This document shows positions 26,831-36,971 of a stretch of DNA of 64,000 nucleotides, in pieces. This DNA is from an uncultured delta proteobacterium (GTDB lineage: Bacteria; Desulfobacterota; Binatia; UBA9968), in the NCBI GenBank assembly GCA_963728565.1, contig CAVSLC010000025.1, positions 28,413-92,412 of the forward strand. The letters run 5' to 3'. The translations under genes and the position numbers were made by a program. Each line of letters opens with the position of its first letter. Position 1 is the stretch's first letter. A model generated the notes under the pieces. That model had not been told where the DNA came from, did not search any database, and saw nothing but the letters and a program-made list of their open reading frames with translations.

Positions 26831-28477
26831 TCACTGGCCGAATCGAGAATAGTCGTGCTCACGGCTGGTGATGAACTCCAAGAGCGCCGCCTTACCCTCC
26901 TGGGTGGCCTTCTTGGCGCGCTCGAAGGCCGGCGCGATTTTATCCGGATCCTCGACTCTTTCGCTCCAACCGCCGAGCGCCCGACCAATATCTGCATAAT
27001 TGCCGCCGACGTTTTGCGTGCCAAAAAGTTTATGCGAGGTCGCCATGTGGCGCGTTTCAGCGGCCATGAAATTATTGTTCAACACGACTGTTAGGATCGG
27101 AATATTGCATCGGACTGCCGTTTCGAAGTCCAGCCCGGTCATGCCGAAGGCAGCATCGCCCATGAAGTTGACGCAGAATTTTTCTGGTGCTGCCAATTTG
27201 GCGCCCATGATGAGCCCAAGTCCGGTGCCCAGCGCATGAGATTTTCCCCATCCGATGTAACTGCGCGGGATCGGCGCTTGATAAAACGGAACCAGTTGAT
27301 TGCGCGGGCTGCCGGCATCATGAGTGATAATCGCGTCTCTGGGATCGATGGCGCGCATGAACTCCCAAAAAACCCGATAGGGGTTAATCGGAACTTCTTT
27401 GGAAGTGAGCTTAGGCATCCACTGCTCTAGCCAGGGATCCCTTATTTCCTTGATCTTCGCGGTTACCGCATCCACTTTTTTTGGTCGGTTCACGCCTTGA
27501 GCATCTTTTACCGCTTCAATAAATTGACTGAGCACCGGCTTGGCATCACCTAGGATCGGAACGTCGGCGATATAGTGTTTATTGAGGTCGCGCTCGTCGT
27601 TGGTCGCATGGATAATGGTTTTGCCAGGAGGAATAGGCGCAGCGACGATGCTATGCCGGGTAAGACTCGCGCCGATAGCGAATACGACATCGGCCGTCCG
27701 CAAAAACTCGTGCACTGTCGGGGGCATAACCCCAGCGCCGGTGCCGAGCGACAATGGATGAGTTTCCGGGAATGCGCTCTTGCCTTCGAGCGGCGTGGTC
27801 ACCGGCGCTTGCAGCAATTCGGCAAGCTCGAGCAACTCATCCGATGCCTCGGCGTAGAGTACGCCTTGTCCGGCAATGATAACCGGGCGATGAGCTTGCA
27901 CCAGAATCCGCGCAGCTTCAGCGATATCCTGGGGATTCGCGCCACTAACCGTGCGTCTGACCGGGGCATAAATGAGTTCGTTATCGTTCATCTCCTCAGT
28001 CGCTACATCGGCCGGAATCTCAACAAGCACGGGTCCGGGCCGGCCCATTTTCAGAAGGCTGAATGCGCGTCGCATGACGTCGCTGGTATGAGAAGCCAGG
28101 GCAATTTCTTCGGTCCACTTGGTTACCGTCGCGTAGGATTGCGTTGATCTAAAGAAGTGATGGACCTGAGAAGTGGATCGAGCGTGGCCGACCGGTAAAA
28201 GCAGAACTGGAACCGAGTCGGAATAGGCAGTAGTAATGCCTGAATAGGCGTTTTCCGCGTCCGGGCCCGCCTGCATCGTAAACACGCCAATGCGCCGGCC
28301 ATTTAAAATCCGGGTATAACCGTCGGCGATGCCGACACCGACTCTTTCTTGACGACAGATCAACGGCTTAATCCCCGCCGCCGCGGCAGCCTCGATCAGG
28401 GTATTGGTTGGATAGCAAGCAAGAAAATCCACACCTTCACGTTTTAGGATTTGGCTGATGGCATCGACAACTCGCAT
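26831..28477 (-). CDS. thiamine-diphosphate-dependent enzyme (acetolactate-synthase large-subunit-like)
   Basis: N-terminal TPP_enzyme_N pattern, and ThDP motif GDAAFGMTGLDFETAVRCNIPILTVVLNNN. Confidence 0.85.
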   Translation of the reverse strand: MRVVDAISQILKREGVDFLACYPTNTLIEAAAAAGIKPLICRQERVGVGIADGYTRILNGRRIGVFTMQAGPDAENAYSGITTAYSDSVPVLLLPVGHARSTSQVHHFFRSTQSYATVTKWTEEIALASHTSDVMRRAFSLLKMGRPGPVLVEIPADVATEEMNDNELIYAPVRRTVSGANPQDIAEAARILVQAHRPVIIAGQGVLYAEASDELLELAELLQAPVTTPLEGKSAFPETHPLSLGTGAGVMPPTVHEFLRTADVVFAIGASLTRHSIVAAPIPPGKTIIHATNDERDLNKHYIADVPILGDAKPVLSQFIEAVKDAQGVNRPKKVDAVTAKIKEIRDPWLEQWMPKLTSKEVPINPYRVFWEFMRAIDPRDAIITHDAGSPRNQLVPFYQAPIPRSYIGWGKSHALGTGLGLIMGAKLAAPEKFCVNFMGDAAFGMTGLDFETAVRCNIPILTVVLNNNFMAAETRHMATSHKLFGTQNVGGNYADIGRALGGWSERVEDPDKIAPAFERAKKATQEGKAALLEFITSREHDYSRFGQ

Positions 28478-28763
28478 GGTTCACCTCGTTTCGAATCAAT
28501 CGGATTAAACGTTTGAGGCCGGTTTCAAACAGTCAGTACTTCGAGAGAAATGTATCGGTCTCGGTTGCTTAACGGATCAGACTCAGAACTGCGCGCCTCC
28601 GTTCCACGCGTGCAGCGATGGCATCGAGGCGCATCCGGGATAGCCCGCCAGCCGTGGACGCTATCACTCCTGGATGGTTTTTCAACCGGCAGTTTACTGA
28701 TAACGATCGGAACCAAGCAGTCAATGGTTCGGCTGCGTCCGTTCGATGATCGCAGCGGTGCTG

Positions 28764-29531
28764 CTACGAATCAAATTGAATCCGCCAGTAATAGTTCGCA
28801 AGGCCGATGTACTCGTGCACCGTTGCGTATATGCCGCGAGCGGCGCCTTCGCCCGGGAAAAAATCCAGTGGCGTGAGTCGCAGCTTGCCGAGCGTGTAAT
28901 CGCCCGGCGCCGGAACCGGTTCCGGGGCTTTTGCTTTGAATGCCAGCATGCTGCGCGGCATGTGCAGTGCTGATGTAACCAGCAAGTAGCGCTTCCAACC
29001 CCGCCGTTTGAGAAGCTTTTGCACTTCAGCTGCGCTCTCGAAGGTATCTCGGGATCTGCCCTCGCCAATGACATGGTGTTTCGGCACGCCCCAGCGAATC
29101 AGATACTCGCGACCGATCCGGTTCTCGTCTTTATCGGGGGTGAACGGATTGACGTGCCCGCCGGATAGAATAATCGGCTTGGGTTGGATTCGATAAAGAC
29201 GCCAGGCTTCATCGAGACGGCGAAACATATGCTCGTCTATGGTCGAGAAAGGAATCAGCCCTTCGGGCGGGATCATACTGCCGGTGAGGACCACGATGGC
29301 GTCGTAAGAGAGAGCGCCCGGATCGAGCAGCGGCGCATAGCGTGACTCAAGGGGATAGCGCAACGCATAACCAACCAAGCTGCTGTGCAACGCGGTGATC
29401 AGCACCAAGGTCAACAGAAGTAACTTGCGGGCCCAGCGCCGGCGCCAAAATATCAGCACCGCCAGCAGCATCAGCAGCCATGGGGTTGGCGGTAGAACGA
29501 GCGCTTTCAGAAACTGCTTAAGTACGAACAT
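28764..29531 (-). CDS. DUF218 / YdcF-ElyC family protein with an N-terminal membrane anchor
   Basis: IVVLTGS, IILSGGH, LVTSALHMPRS. Confidence 0.75.
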   Translation of the reverse strand: MFVLKQFLKALVLPPTPWLLMLLAVLIFWRRRWARKLLLLTLVLITALHSSLVGYALRYPLESRYAPLLDPGALSYDAIVVLTGSMIPPEGLIPFSTIDEHMFRRLDEAWRLYRIQPKPIILSGGHVNPFTPDKDENRIGREYLIRWGVPKHHVIGEGRSRDTFESAAEVQKLLKRRGWKRYLLVTSALHMPRSMLAFKAKAPEPVPAPGDYTLGKLRLTPLDFFPGEGAARGIYATVHEYIGLANYYWRIQFDS

Positions 29532-29637
29532 CGATGGTCATCAGAAGCCTGACGAGAAAAGGCATGGATCAACAATTGGAGTATGCTCGTCCACCTCGAA
29601 CATAAACGAACTGCCGGCTGATCATCGCGACTGCTAA

Positions 29638-30283
29638 CTATTCCGCGTCGGGTTGGTGTTCCGGCGCGGCATTGGCAAACGCTGGAAGGGACATACAGGC
29701 AGATTCGACTGCGAGCAGTTTTGGGTACGCTGACAGATCGACACCGAAGCGGCGCGCATTGCCGAGTTGCGGCACAAGGCAGATATCGGCCATGGTCGGC
29801 GTTTTGCCGAAGCAAAAATCTTCCCTGTCCGGTAACCGAATTTATCATCTGTTCCAGCGCCGAAAACCCAAGATTGATCCAATGGCGCGCCCAACGGATC
29901 GTGTCGTCATCGGATTGTTTGTGATCGCTCTTGAGGTGATTCAGCACCCGGAGATTTTGAATCGGATGCACCTCGCAGGCAATCAGCAGCGCCATGCTGC
30001 GCACGACCGCGCGCTCGGCTGCATCGCTGGGGAGCAAAGGCGGTTTTGGATAGCGCTCATCCAGATACTCGATAATCGCTAAAGACTGTGAAAAAATTTG
30101 TCCCTCATCTTCCAGCGCCGGCACTAGAGCCTGTGGATTGATCGCCTTGTACGCCGGCTTCAACTGCTCGCCGCCGCCGCGCCGCAAGTGTATCGGCGCC
30201 TGCTCGTAATCCAGACCTTTTATGTTAAGCGCGATGCGTACGCGGTAGGATGCCGAACTGCGAAAAAATGTATAAAGCTTCAT
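29638..30283 (-). CDS. maiA: maleylacetoacetate isomerase / zeta-class glutathione S-transferase; frame broken once near 29823-29825
   Basis: MKLYTFFRSSASYRVRIALNIKGL..., SQSLAIIEYL. The true C-terminus EDFCFGKTPTMADICLVPQLGNARRFGVDLSAYPKLLAVESACMSLPAFANAAPEHQPDAE is in the +1 frame and ends at 29638. Confidence 0.8.
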
Positions 30284-30390
30284 CTTGGACCTTTGTCAGG
30301 GAGCCTCAGAACTATCCACTTCGATAATAGCCGTTGGCGGGCCTGCACGAATTACTGCAGCCTGCCCGAAACTGTGCCACGCGGCAGTTT

Positions 30391-31362
30391 TTACGCTGCT
30401 AACTCCACCGATGTGACGAACGGCAGACCGGTGACAATCTCGCGCGCGCCGGCGTCATCGATAACCAGCAGAGTCCCGTCGGAGGTGCCGGCGATCATGC
30501 CTTTGCCGTCCGGCAGCGGGCACATGTGCATGACGCCACCTTTGAGATTATCGATGATTTTCTCCCAAGTGGATCCTTTATCTTGGCTGCGGAAAATAGC
30601 GGCCATGGCGCCCTCTTTACGAATCCATCCATTAGGCCGTCCCTTTGCGCTGCCGAGATATACGACGCCATCGTTGTCCTCGGCCACGGATGTGCCGTAG
30701 TCGTGGCTCTTGGGAGTGATCGCTTCCCAATGGGCTGCACGATCGAAACTGCGAAACGCAGCCTCGCCGCACGCCGCGAACACCAATCCTGCAGTACTTC
30801 TCGACGCCAGAACTTCATGGATATCCATGTCGGTCAGCCCTTCATTGGCCGGCTGCCAGTTCTGACCGTCGTCATCGCTAACGAGCACGCCGCCGACTTC
30901 GATTCCGGCATAGATGCGGTTGGGAGAAGCGGGATCGAATGTCAAATAACGCGTCCGTGATTGCAGTTCGGGACTTGGCGGAAAATTCGCCCCCGCGCTG
31001 TTGATCCGTACCCCTTCCAACTCTTCCCAGCCGCCGTTCTTGCTGCGGTAAACCGCCGAGGGAATCGTGCCCACCATGACTCGCCCATTTAACGCGAGTA
31101 TGGCAAACAACATCATCTTGGGGACATTTGGCTGCGCACGATTCCAACTCGCTCCGGCATTATCGGTGTAAAACAGACCGGAATGCTCGGTGCCCGCGTA
31201 AATCTTCTGCGAGTTCTCCGGGTCAACCGACATACACGTCAGGCTCCAGTATGACAGATCGCGTTTGGTTTGTTGCCACTCCCTGCCGTCCCGTTCGAAG
31301 CGATACCAACCGGACAGTGTCGCGACATGCAATGCCTTTTTCTTACCATTGAACTCCGTCAT
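30391..31362 (-). CDS. BNR/Asp-box repeat beta-propeller protein
   Basis: Asp-boxes TDNAGASW, SDDDGQNW, SQDKGSTW. AAGGAG lies 6 nt upstream of the ATG at 31362. Confidence 0.75.
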   Translation of the reverse strand: MTEFNGKKKALHVATLSGWYRFERDGREWQQTKRDLSYWSLTCMSVDPENSQKIYAGTEHSGLFYTDNAGASWNRAQPNVPKMMLFAILALNGRVMVGTIPSAVYRSKNGGWEELEGVRINSAGANFPPSPELQSRTRYLTFDPASPNRIYAGIEVGGVLVSDDDGQNWQPANEGLTDMDIHEVLASRSTAGLVFAACGEAAFRSFDRAAHWEAITPKSHDYGTSVAEDNDGVVYLGSAKGRPNGWIRKEGAMAAIFRSQDKGSTWEKIIDNLKGGVMHMCPLPDGKGMIAGTSDGTLLVIDDAGAREIVTGLPFVTSVELAA

Positions 31363-31478
31363 GGTTATCTCCTTTTGGCGTGCCGCAGCGAATTGAGACA
31401 TTTCTAACTCGTTCAGGGGACAGATCGCAACCGCGTGTTTGCCTAGATCTAAAAAAACATGACGCTGGCGAGCGGATG

Positions 31479-31842
31479 TCAGTTGGGTATGGTTTGGCGG
31501 ATGTATTCGATTGCCTGGCTGACGAAGGACTGAAAACGTTTGGTTGCGGATTGGTCGGTCAACTCGCGGGTTCTCGCCGCTATGAGAACCGCCAGTGCCT
31601 CGGGCGAGGCAAATGTCACTAAGCCTTCGAGTGCTGCTTGCTAATTTCTTCGTCCCTGTGGTCCAGCGCTTCAGTCAGGAGCTGAATTGCCATCGGATCG
31701 CGCCGCTCCCAGGCAACCTTGACGAGGAAAGCGGGCGGTTAACACCGGAAGCACGTCCCCCGGCATTTCAAGTAGTTCAAAAATGCATGTTCTTTGGCGC
31801 CGCCACAAAATCGTTCCAGAATTTTCTAATGTCGATTGCCAC
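31479..31842 (-). pseudogene. unidentified gene remnant broken by several frame shifts
   Basis: Protein-like open segments in three frames: AIDIRKFWNDFVAAPK, VKVAWERRDPMAIQLLTEALDHRDEEISKQ, AALEGLVTFASPEALAVLIAARTRELTDQSATKRFQSFVSQAIEYIRQTIPN-stop. Confidence 0.3.
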
Positions 31843-31850
31843 CGCCGAGC

Positions 31851-32483
31851 CTATTTCCGCCAGAGATCAATCAATCTGGAAGAATCCACCAGATCGCCGA
31901 ATCTTTCGATGCGTTTAAGCGCGGCATTGTGACCTTCTTCGGTATAAGTGCCGACGCAGTCGCGCACGACAACCATGAAGTAACCGCGATTATGACCATC
32001 GCGAACCGTCGCTTCGACGCCGCCGTCCGTCGTACAGCCGATCATCACCACAGTCGACGCGCCGCGATTGTTGAGAATCGTTGCGAACTCGTTGCCGATA
32101 AACATCGTCGGTCGCCGCTTGTCGATGATCATATCGTTTTCACCGGGTTTAAATGGTTCCATGAATTGCCAGCCAAAGCTGCCGTGGAGCCGGCGCGGTT
32201 TCAGTTGGTTTGGATCATCGACCTTTTGATCTTTCATGCCGCGGCGGATCCAGCTTGGCGCCTCGTCCTTCCACAAGAAAGGCGTTTGTCGCGTGTAGAT
32301 CGTCTTTATGCGGCTATGAGCGGCTGCGGCGATTACCGGCGGGCTGTTGCGTATCAAATCCTGTTTGTTGAATGCACCGCCGGCCTGATCGTTTTGCATG
32401 TCCCAAACCAGCAGTACCGAGCGGCTCGGGTCAACGATTTCACTTAACTCGACAGGTATTTTTCTTCCTTCGAACTCGATCAT
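31851..32483 (-). CDS. isochorismatase-family cysteine hydrolase
   Basis: LLVWDMQND and VVMIGCTTDGGVEATVRDGHNRGY. Confidence 0.85.
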   Translation of the reverse strand: MIEFEGRKIPVELSEIVDPSRSVLLVWDMQNDQAGGAFNKQDLIRNSPPVIAAAAHSRIKTIYTRQTPFLWKDEAPSWIRRGMKDQKVDDPNQLKPRRLHGSFGWQFMEPFKPGENDMIIDKRRPTMFIGNEFATILNNRGASTVVMIGCTTDGGVEATVRDGHNRGYFMVVVRDCVGTYTEEGHNAALKRIERFGDLVDSSRLIDLWRK

Positions 32484-32648
32484 ACGCGCACCGCTTCTTT
32501 CCGGGTTGTCGCTGAATCCCTTCTGTAAAGGAACGACTGCGAAAGCACTTTCACTTTCCGAGATCTGCCTTCGTCAGTATTGGCCGTATTGTTGGTCTCG
32601 GCGCGGAGCCATCAAGTAATCGCGTCGTCATCAGCCGGAGCTCATTAG

Positions 32649-33836
32649 CTAGCCGCGGTTGGTGTCGTTGGCGTTTGGAACCTTGCGCACCGACAGCCTG
32701 AGGGTCGAAGGGCTGACGTCCTGCAACGTGAGCTCTTTCGGATATTGAATGTTTTTCTCTGAAATCGTGAAGGTGCGCCGCCCAAGCTCCGCCATGGAAA
32801 CGTCGATTGCGACTTTGATCTTGCTCGAATTAAACAGATAAAAAGCCCGGCGCGGCCCGCGAAAGGTGGCGTTTACCACCGGCGGCTCGATGTCTTCCAC
32901 TTGAAGATCGGGGGGAAGATTCTCAACGCTCACCGGAACCGTATAGCTGACGTCGACCGTCTTAGAACCGGGCACGAAGATGTACCAAAACCCAATTGCC
33001 AGCGCGATGGCGATGGCTTTGGCGATCCAGTTCTCGCGAAAAAGCGGTAAGGCGAAATGGTTTTCCGTCGATGATGGAAACCTCGATTGCAAAAAACTTT
33101 CGAGAACGGCGCCAAGCTCTTGTATGTTCTGTACTTCGCGAAGCTTGCCCTCCGTTGCCACTGAAATTGTGCCGCGCTCCTCGGACACCACGACGCACAA
33201 CGCATCGGTCAGTTCCGCCAATCCCAGAGCCGCCGAGTGCCGGGTGCCGACATTGGCGAGTTGTCTGAGATCCTTGGATAGCGGTAGGTGAGCCGCGAAT
33301 CTCGAGATGTTATCTTGGTCCACCAGAACCGCGCCGTCATGCCCCGGTGAATGGGGATCGAAAATGCTCTTGAGCAGCGGCGCGCTTACTTTGCCGTCCA
33401 GAGGGATTCCGCCGGTAATGTGTCGCTCGAGCGGATCGTTGCCGCGGATGACGATCAACGCGCCGACGTGTTCCTTGGCGAGATCGGCTACGGTGCGAAC
33501 CAGGACGTCTGAAGTGCTCGAACCCAAAGTCGGGGTTCTCTTCCGCGCCAGGCTCCAGACCGCGATGCGCTCGAATAACTGGCGCAATTCCTCCTGAAAG
33601 ATCACCACGATCATGATCAAGAAAATCGCGAAGAAACCCTGAAAGATCCATGCGGTCATCTGCAGATCGAGGTACTTGGCGATGATGTAAATGGAACCGA
33701 GGATTAAAATTCCTCGGACCACAAAAGCAGCGCGGGTCTGTTGCGCCCAAACAATGGCTGTGTAGAGGAGAATAGCGACAAAGACGACGTCGAGCATCTC
33801 CGGCAAGGTGACGGTCCAGAATGGGTTATCGATCAT
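32649..33836 (-). CDS. cdaA: membrane-bound diadenylate cyclase (CdaA-type DAC domain) with an extra TM helix and a C-terminal YbbR-like domain
   Basis: Three N-terminal TM helices. DAC motifs HSPGHDGAVLV and GTRHSAALG. A fourth TM helix WIAKAIAIALAIGFWYIFV. Then VDVSYTVPVSVENLPPDLQVEDIEPPVVNATFRGP...VAIDVS...LRLSVRK. Confidence 0.8.
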   Translation of the reverse strand: MIDNPFWTVTLPEMLDVVFVAILLYTAIVWAQQTRAAFVVRGILILGSIYIIAKYLDLQMTAWIFQGFFAIFLIMIVVIFQEELRQLFERIAVWSLARKRTPTLGSSTSDVLVRTVADLAKEHVGALIVIRGNDPLERHITGGIPLDGKVSAPLLKSIFDPHSPGHDGAVLVDQDNISRFAAHLPLSKDLRQLANVGTRHSAALGLAELTDALCVVVSEERGTISVATEGKLREVQNIQELGAVLESFLQSRFPSSTENHFALPLFRENWIAKAIAIALAIGFWYIFVPGSKTVDVSYTVPVSVENLPPDLQVEDIEPPVVNATFRGPRRAFYLFNSSKIKVAIDVSMAELGRRTFTISEKNIQYPKELTLQDVSPSTLRLSVRKVPNANDTNRG

Positions 33837-34149
33837 TTTTATGAAGAGTCCCGATAGTTCGCTGCCGGCATTACCGGTAGTAAAGCATTCGGATCGATGA
33901 TGCTTGCGGGCCGCATTCTCTGCGGCTCTTTCTCGAAAAATAGCATGCTAAAAGTCGAAGTTATACTGCCTTTGAAAAAACAAAGACCTTGGAGGACGCA
34001 AATTTAAGCTCTCAGCAGCGAGCGCCGTATCTGCGCCCAATGACACCACGCAGGTGGAATTCGTAACCGAACCTAATCACGCTCGACGGCTGCCTTGTGT
34101 CGCCTCAGCCAATCGTCAAATCAGACGGTCGGCCTTGCAAGCGGGTTGA

Positions 34150-34677
34150 TTAGACGAAGCCAACTATGCCCGCCAGCGCGCCGGCGGCGAACAGCCAAAG
34201 AGGATTCCATGGCTTGCGCAGGACCACGACGACGGCAACGATCGTGATCAAGTAGCCGCGCCAATCGTGGTTCACTGCGCGCATCAAAATCGTCGCGCTC
34301 GCGAAGACAAGCCCAATGGTAATCGGCATCAAACCTCGTCGAATGGCGCGAGCACCCCGGGCATTGGGATAGCGCTGGTTGAGATGGCCGACTAGCAACG
34401 TGAGAGTGGTAGCCGGAACGAGCAGCGGGATCGTCGTCGCGGCTACGCCCTTCCATCCCGCCAGGTGCCAGCCGATCAGAGTAACGTACATCGCGTTAGG
34501 ACCGGGTGCGACCTGCGCCAACGTGTAGAGTTCGACAAACTCCGCGTTGCTCAACAGGTGGTGCACTTCCACCAAGTAGCGATGAATATCCGGAAGTATT
34601 GTCGACGGACCGCCGATGGCCAGGAACCAGAGAATTAAAAAATGAAGAAACAGGCCGCCGAGGTCGAGACGATCCAT
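34150..34677 (-). CDS. chromate transporter (CHR) family protein, second half-size subunit
   Basis: Starts at MDRLDLGG. ELYTLAQVAPGPNAMYV. Its ATG overlaps the upstream stop (TAATG). Confidence 0.8.
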   Translation of the reverse strand: MDRLDLGGLFLHFLILWFLAIGGPSTILPDIHRYLVEVHHLLSNAEFVELYTLAQVAPGPNAMYVTLIGWHLAGWKGVAATTIPLLVPATTLTLLVGHLNQRYPNARGARAIRRGLMPITIGLVFASATILMRAVNHDWRGYLITIVAVVVVLRKPWNPLWLFAAGALAGIVGFV

Positions 34678-35231
34678 TATCCCGGCTCTTTCCACGCAGC
34701 AAAGACAGCCCATGGTGCGAGAGCGGCCATGACCCACAGCAGCGGCCAGCGCATGACGCCGACACCCGCGAAGGCCAGCGCGCCGAACAGCCACGGTCGC
34801 CAGTGTCGCGGCAACACCATCGCCAACTTGATCACGGTGGCGAGCAGCAGCCCTGCCGCCACGCTCGACATGCCGGTGAGCGCCTGCTGCACCTGCGGCA
34901 GAGCGCCGTAACGCTGGTACAGCATCCCCATGCCGACGACCATGAGGCAAGGCCAACCCAAGAAGCCGGCGATTCCCGCCGCGGCGCCGGTCCAGCCGGC
35001 AAAACGATGACCAACGATCACCGTGAGATTGAGCACATTAGGGCCGGGCAGGAGTTGTCCGAGCGTGAAGACGTCGACAAACTCTCGCTCCGTAAGCCAG
35101 CGCTGCCGCTCGACCAGTTCGCGCCTTGCCCAGAAAATTGCGCCGCCGAAGCTCGACAAGCTAATCCGTGAAAAAGCCAGGAACAGGTCGAGCTGGCTGA
35201 CGCGCGCCTTGCGTGACTCAATTTGATTCAT
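34677..35231 (-). CDS. chromate transporter (CHR) family protein, first half-size subunit
   Basis: FSRISLSSFGGAIFWARRELVERQRWLTEREFVDVFTLGQLLPGPNVLN. Confidence 0.8.
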   Translation of the reverse strand: MNQIESRKARVSQLDLFLAFSRISLSSFGGAIFWARRELVERQRWLTEREFVDVFTLGQLLPGPNVLNLTVIVGHRFAGWTGAAAGIAGFLGWPCLMVVGMGMLYQRYGALPQVQQALTGMSSVAAGLLLATVIKLAMVLPRHWRPWLFGALAFAGVGVMRWPLLWVMAALAPWAVFAAWKEPG

Positions 35232-35676
35232 GTTGTTTCGCTTGCACCTGAAACCAACTGGGATCTGCTCAGCACGAGAACGTCGGGATTAGAAGTGGCG
35301 GAGTTTATTGAGCCAACAGCTAATCGGAAATCGAATTGGCCGAGCAGGTTCTGCCTTGGGTTTAAATACGAGCGATAGCTAGAAAAGCGGAGCTAACTCG
35401 ATCTAGACTCGAAGCTGCGTCTTCTCGCATATCGTGCCAATTTCTCAGGTGAGAAGTTACCATTCAATCTTACTCATTTGCCAGCATCGTGAGGGAAAAA
35501 TTCCTAATTGGCACGAATGTTAAGGAGACTTTCGAAAGACGACCAGTCTAGCGTATATAAAAGCGGGTCTTTTAACTCACTAGCTGAGGCGTTTTCTAGC
35601 TGTGATCGGCGGCGACAGAGCTAAACGACTATCGGGTAGGATGTGAAACTCTTTACTGAGCTACGTTCGATCTACC

Positions 35677-36708
35677 TCACGGTTTTAAACGCCCTTCGTT
35701 GCGCAGCTCCTGTTGCGCTTGTTTGAGGATGCGGTCGTTGATGACGCGGTCGAGAGTGAATTTCTTATCGACCAATCCGGCGCGGATGTCTTCATCCAGC
35801 ATGATCTGGATGCCGTCTTGGGCGACCGCGAGGTCGGCGGCGTAGCCCGGACTGAAGAGATCGTAGGAACGGCTGGCGACATCCGGATCTCCTGTGAGTC
35901 CGGCGGCAAAGCCGGTCTGGAGCGCTTCTTTTTTGTGCTGTTTGGCAAATTGCATTCCCAGGATTACGGCTTTCAGAAAGCGCTTGGTGGTCTCCGGATT
36001 TTTTTGCAGCATCTCACCCCGGGTGACGAAGATGCTCTGCGGGATTCGGAGCGCCTCGTTCATATTCACGATCATCGGGAAACCCTTATCGAGCAACCTG
36101 ACGGTATCCTCGGCGGTAAACGGCGCGGCGGCGATGATGCCTCTTTCGAGCGCGATGGCCCGCAATGCGGTTCCGCCGATCGCCCGCAGGGTGACGTCCT
36201 TGTCGGGATCGAGGTTGTTTCTCTTGAGAAAAATCCTGATGGCAAAGTCGGAGAACGCGCCGGCTCCGGTGACACCGATGACCTTGCCGCGCAATTCCTC
36301 GACATTTTTGGCTTCCTTGCTGCCGAGAAGCGCGTAGTTCGTGTAATTGGATAGCGAGGCGATGATTTGTAGATCGAGACCGCGGGCATTGCTCCGGATC
36401 GGCGCTTGGGCGCCGCCGATGCTGGCAAAGTCTACGTTCCCCGAAACCAGGGCCGCGATCGCCGTAGGGCCGCCGCGCACGAAGATCTGCTGCACGATGA
36501 GGCCTTGATCTTTGCAAAAGCCTTTGGCGATGGCGATGCGAAAGGGCAGTTGGTTGTTCCATGAGAGGCTGACGAAGACGATGCGCAGGGATTTTTTCTC
36601 TTGCGCCGGCGATGCCGGCGGCAATAATGCAGTGATCAATAAGGGCAAGACCCAGAGAAGTGGTCTAAGCAGCATGCATCGTTTCATGCCCGCCTCCCGA
36701 GGATCCAA
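35677..36708 (-). CDS. ABC transporter substrate-binding protein, NMT1/THI5 (NitT/TauT) type
   Basis: Signal peptide, then the typical LRIVFVSLSWNNQLPFRIA...VIGVTGAGAFSDF pattern. Confidence 0.8.
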   Translation of the reverse strand: MDPREAGMKRCMLLRPLLWVLPLLITALLPPASPAQEKKSLRIVFVSLSWNNQLPFRIAIAKGFCKDQGLIVQQIFVRGGPTAIAALVSGNVDFASIGGAQAPIRSNARGLDLQIIASLSNYTNYALLGSKEAKNVEELRGKVIGVTGAGAFSDFAIRIFLKRNNLDPDKDVTLRAIGGTALRAIALERGIIAAAPFTAEDTVRLLDKGFPMIVNMNEALRIPQSIFVTRGEMLQKNPETTKRFLKAVILGMQFAKQHKKEALQTGFAAGLTGDPDVASRSYDLFSPGYAADLAVAQDGIQIMLDEDIRAGLVDKKFTLDRVINDRILKQAQQELRNEGRLKP

Positions 36709-36971
36709 TAGCGATCTCCGCGTATTCCGAAAAAATCATTTGGGCCATATAACTAATCGAGGCTCGTGGCGAGCGAGCCAAATTACAGGCAAAGCAGTCA
36801 ACATGGCTACCCCTACCATGTAGAGGAAACAGGATGCAATAAATGAATCTTGGCAAGTGTTGGTGAAGAATTGAAACCGATGTCCTGACTGATGGCGCGG
36901 TGCGGAAGTAGTGGTGGTCATCGCTGGATGGAGCCGGAGCGATGGGATCATGAGGCGCCACGAGCGATGCG

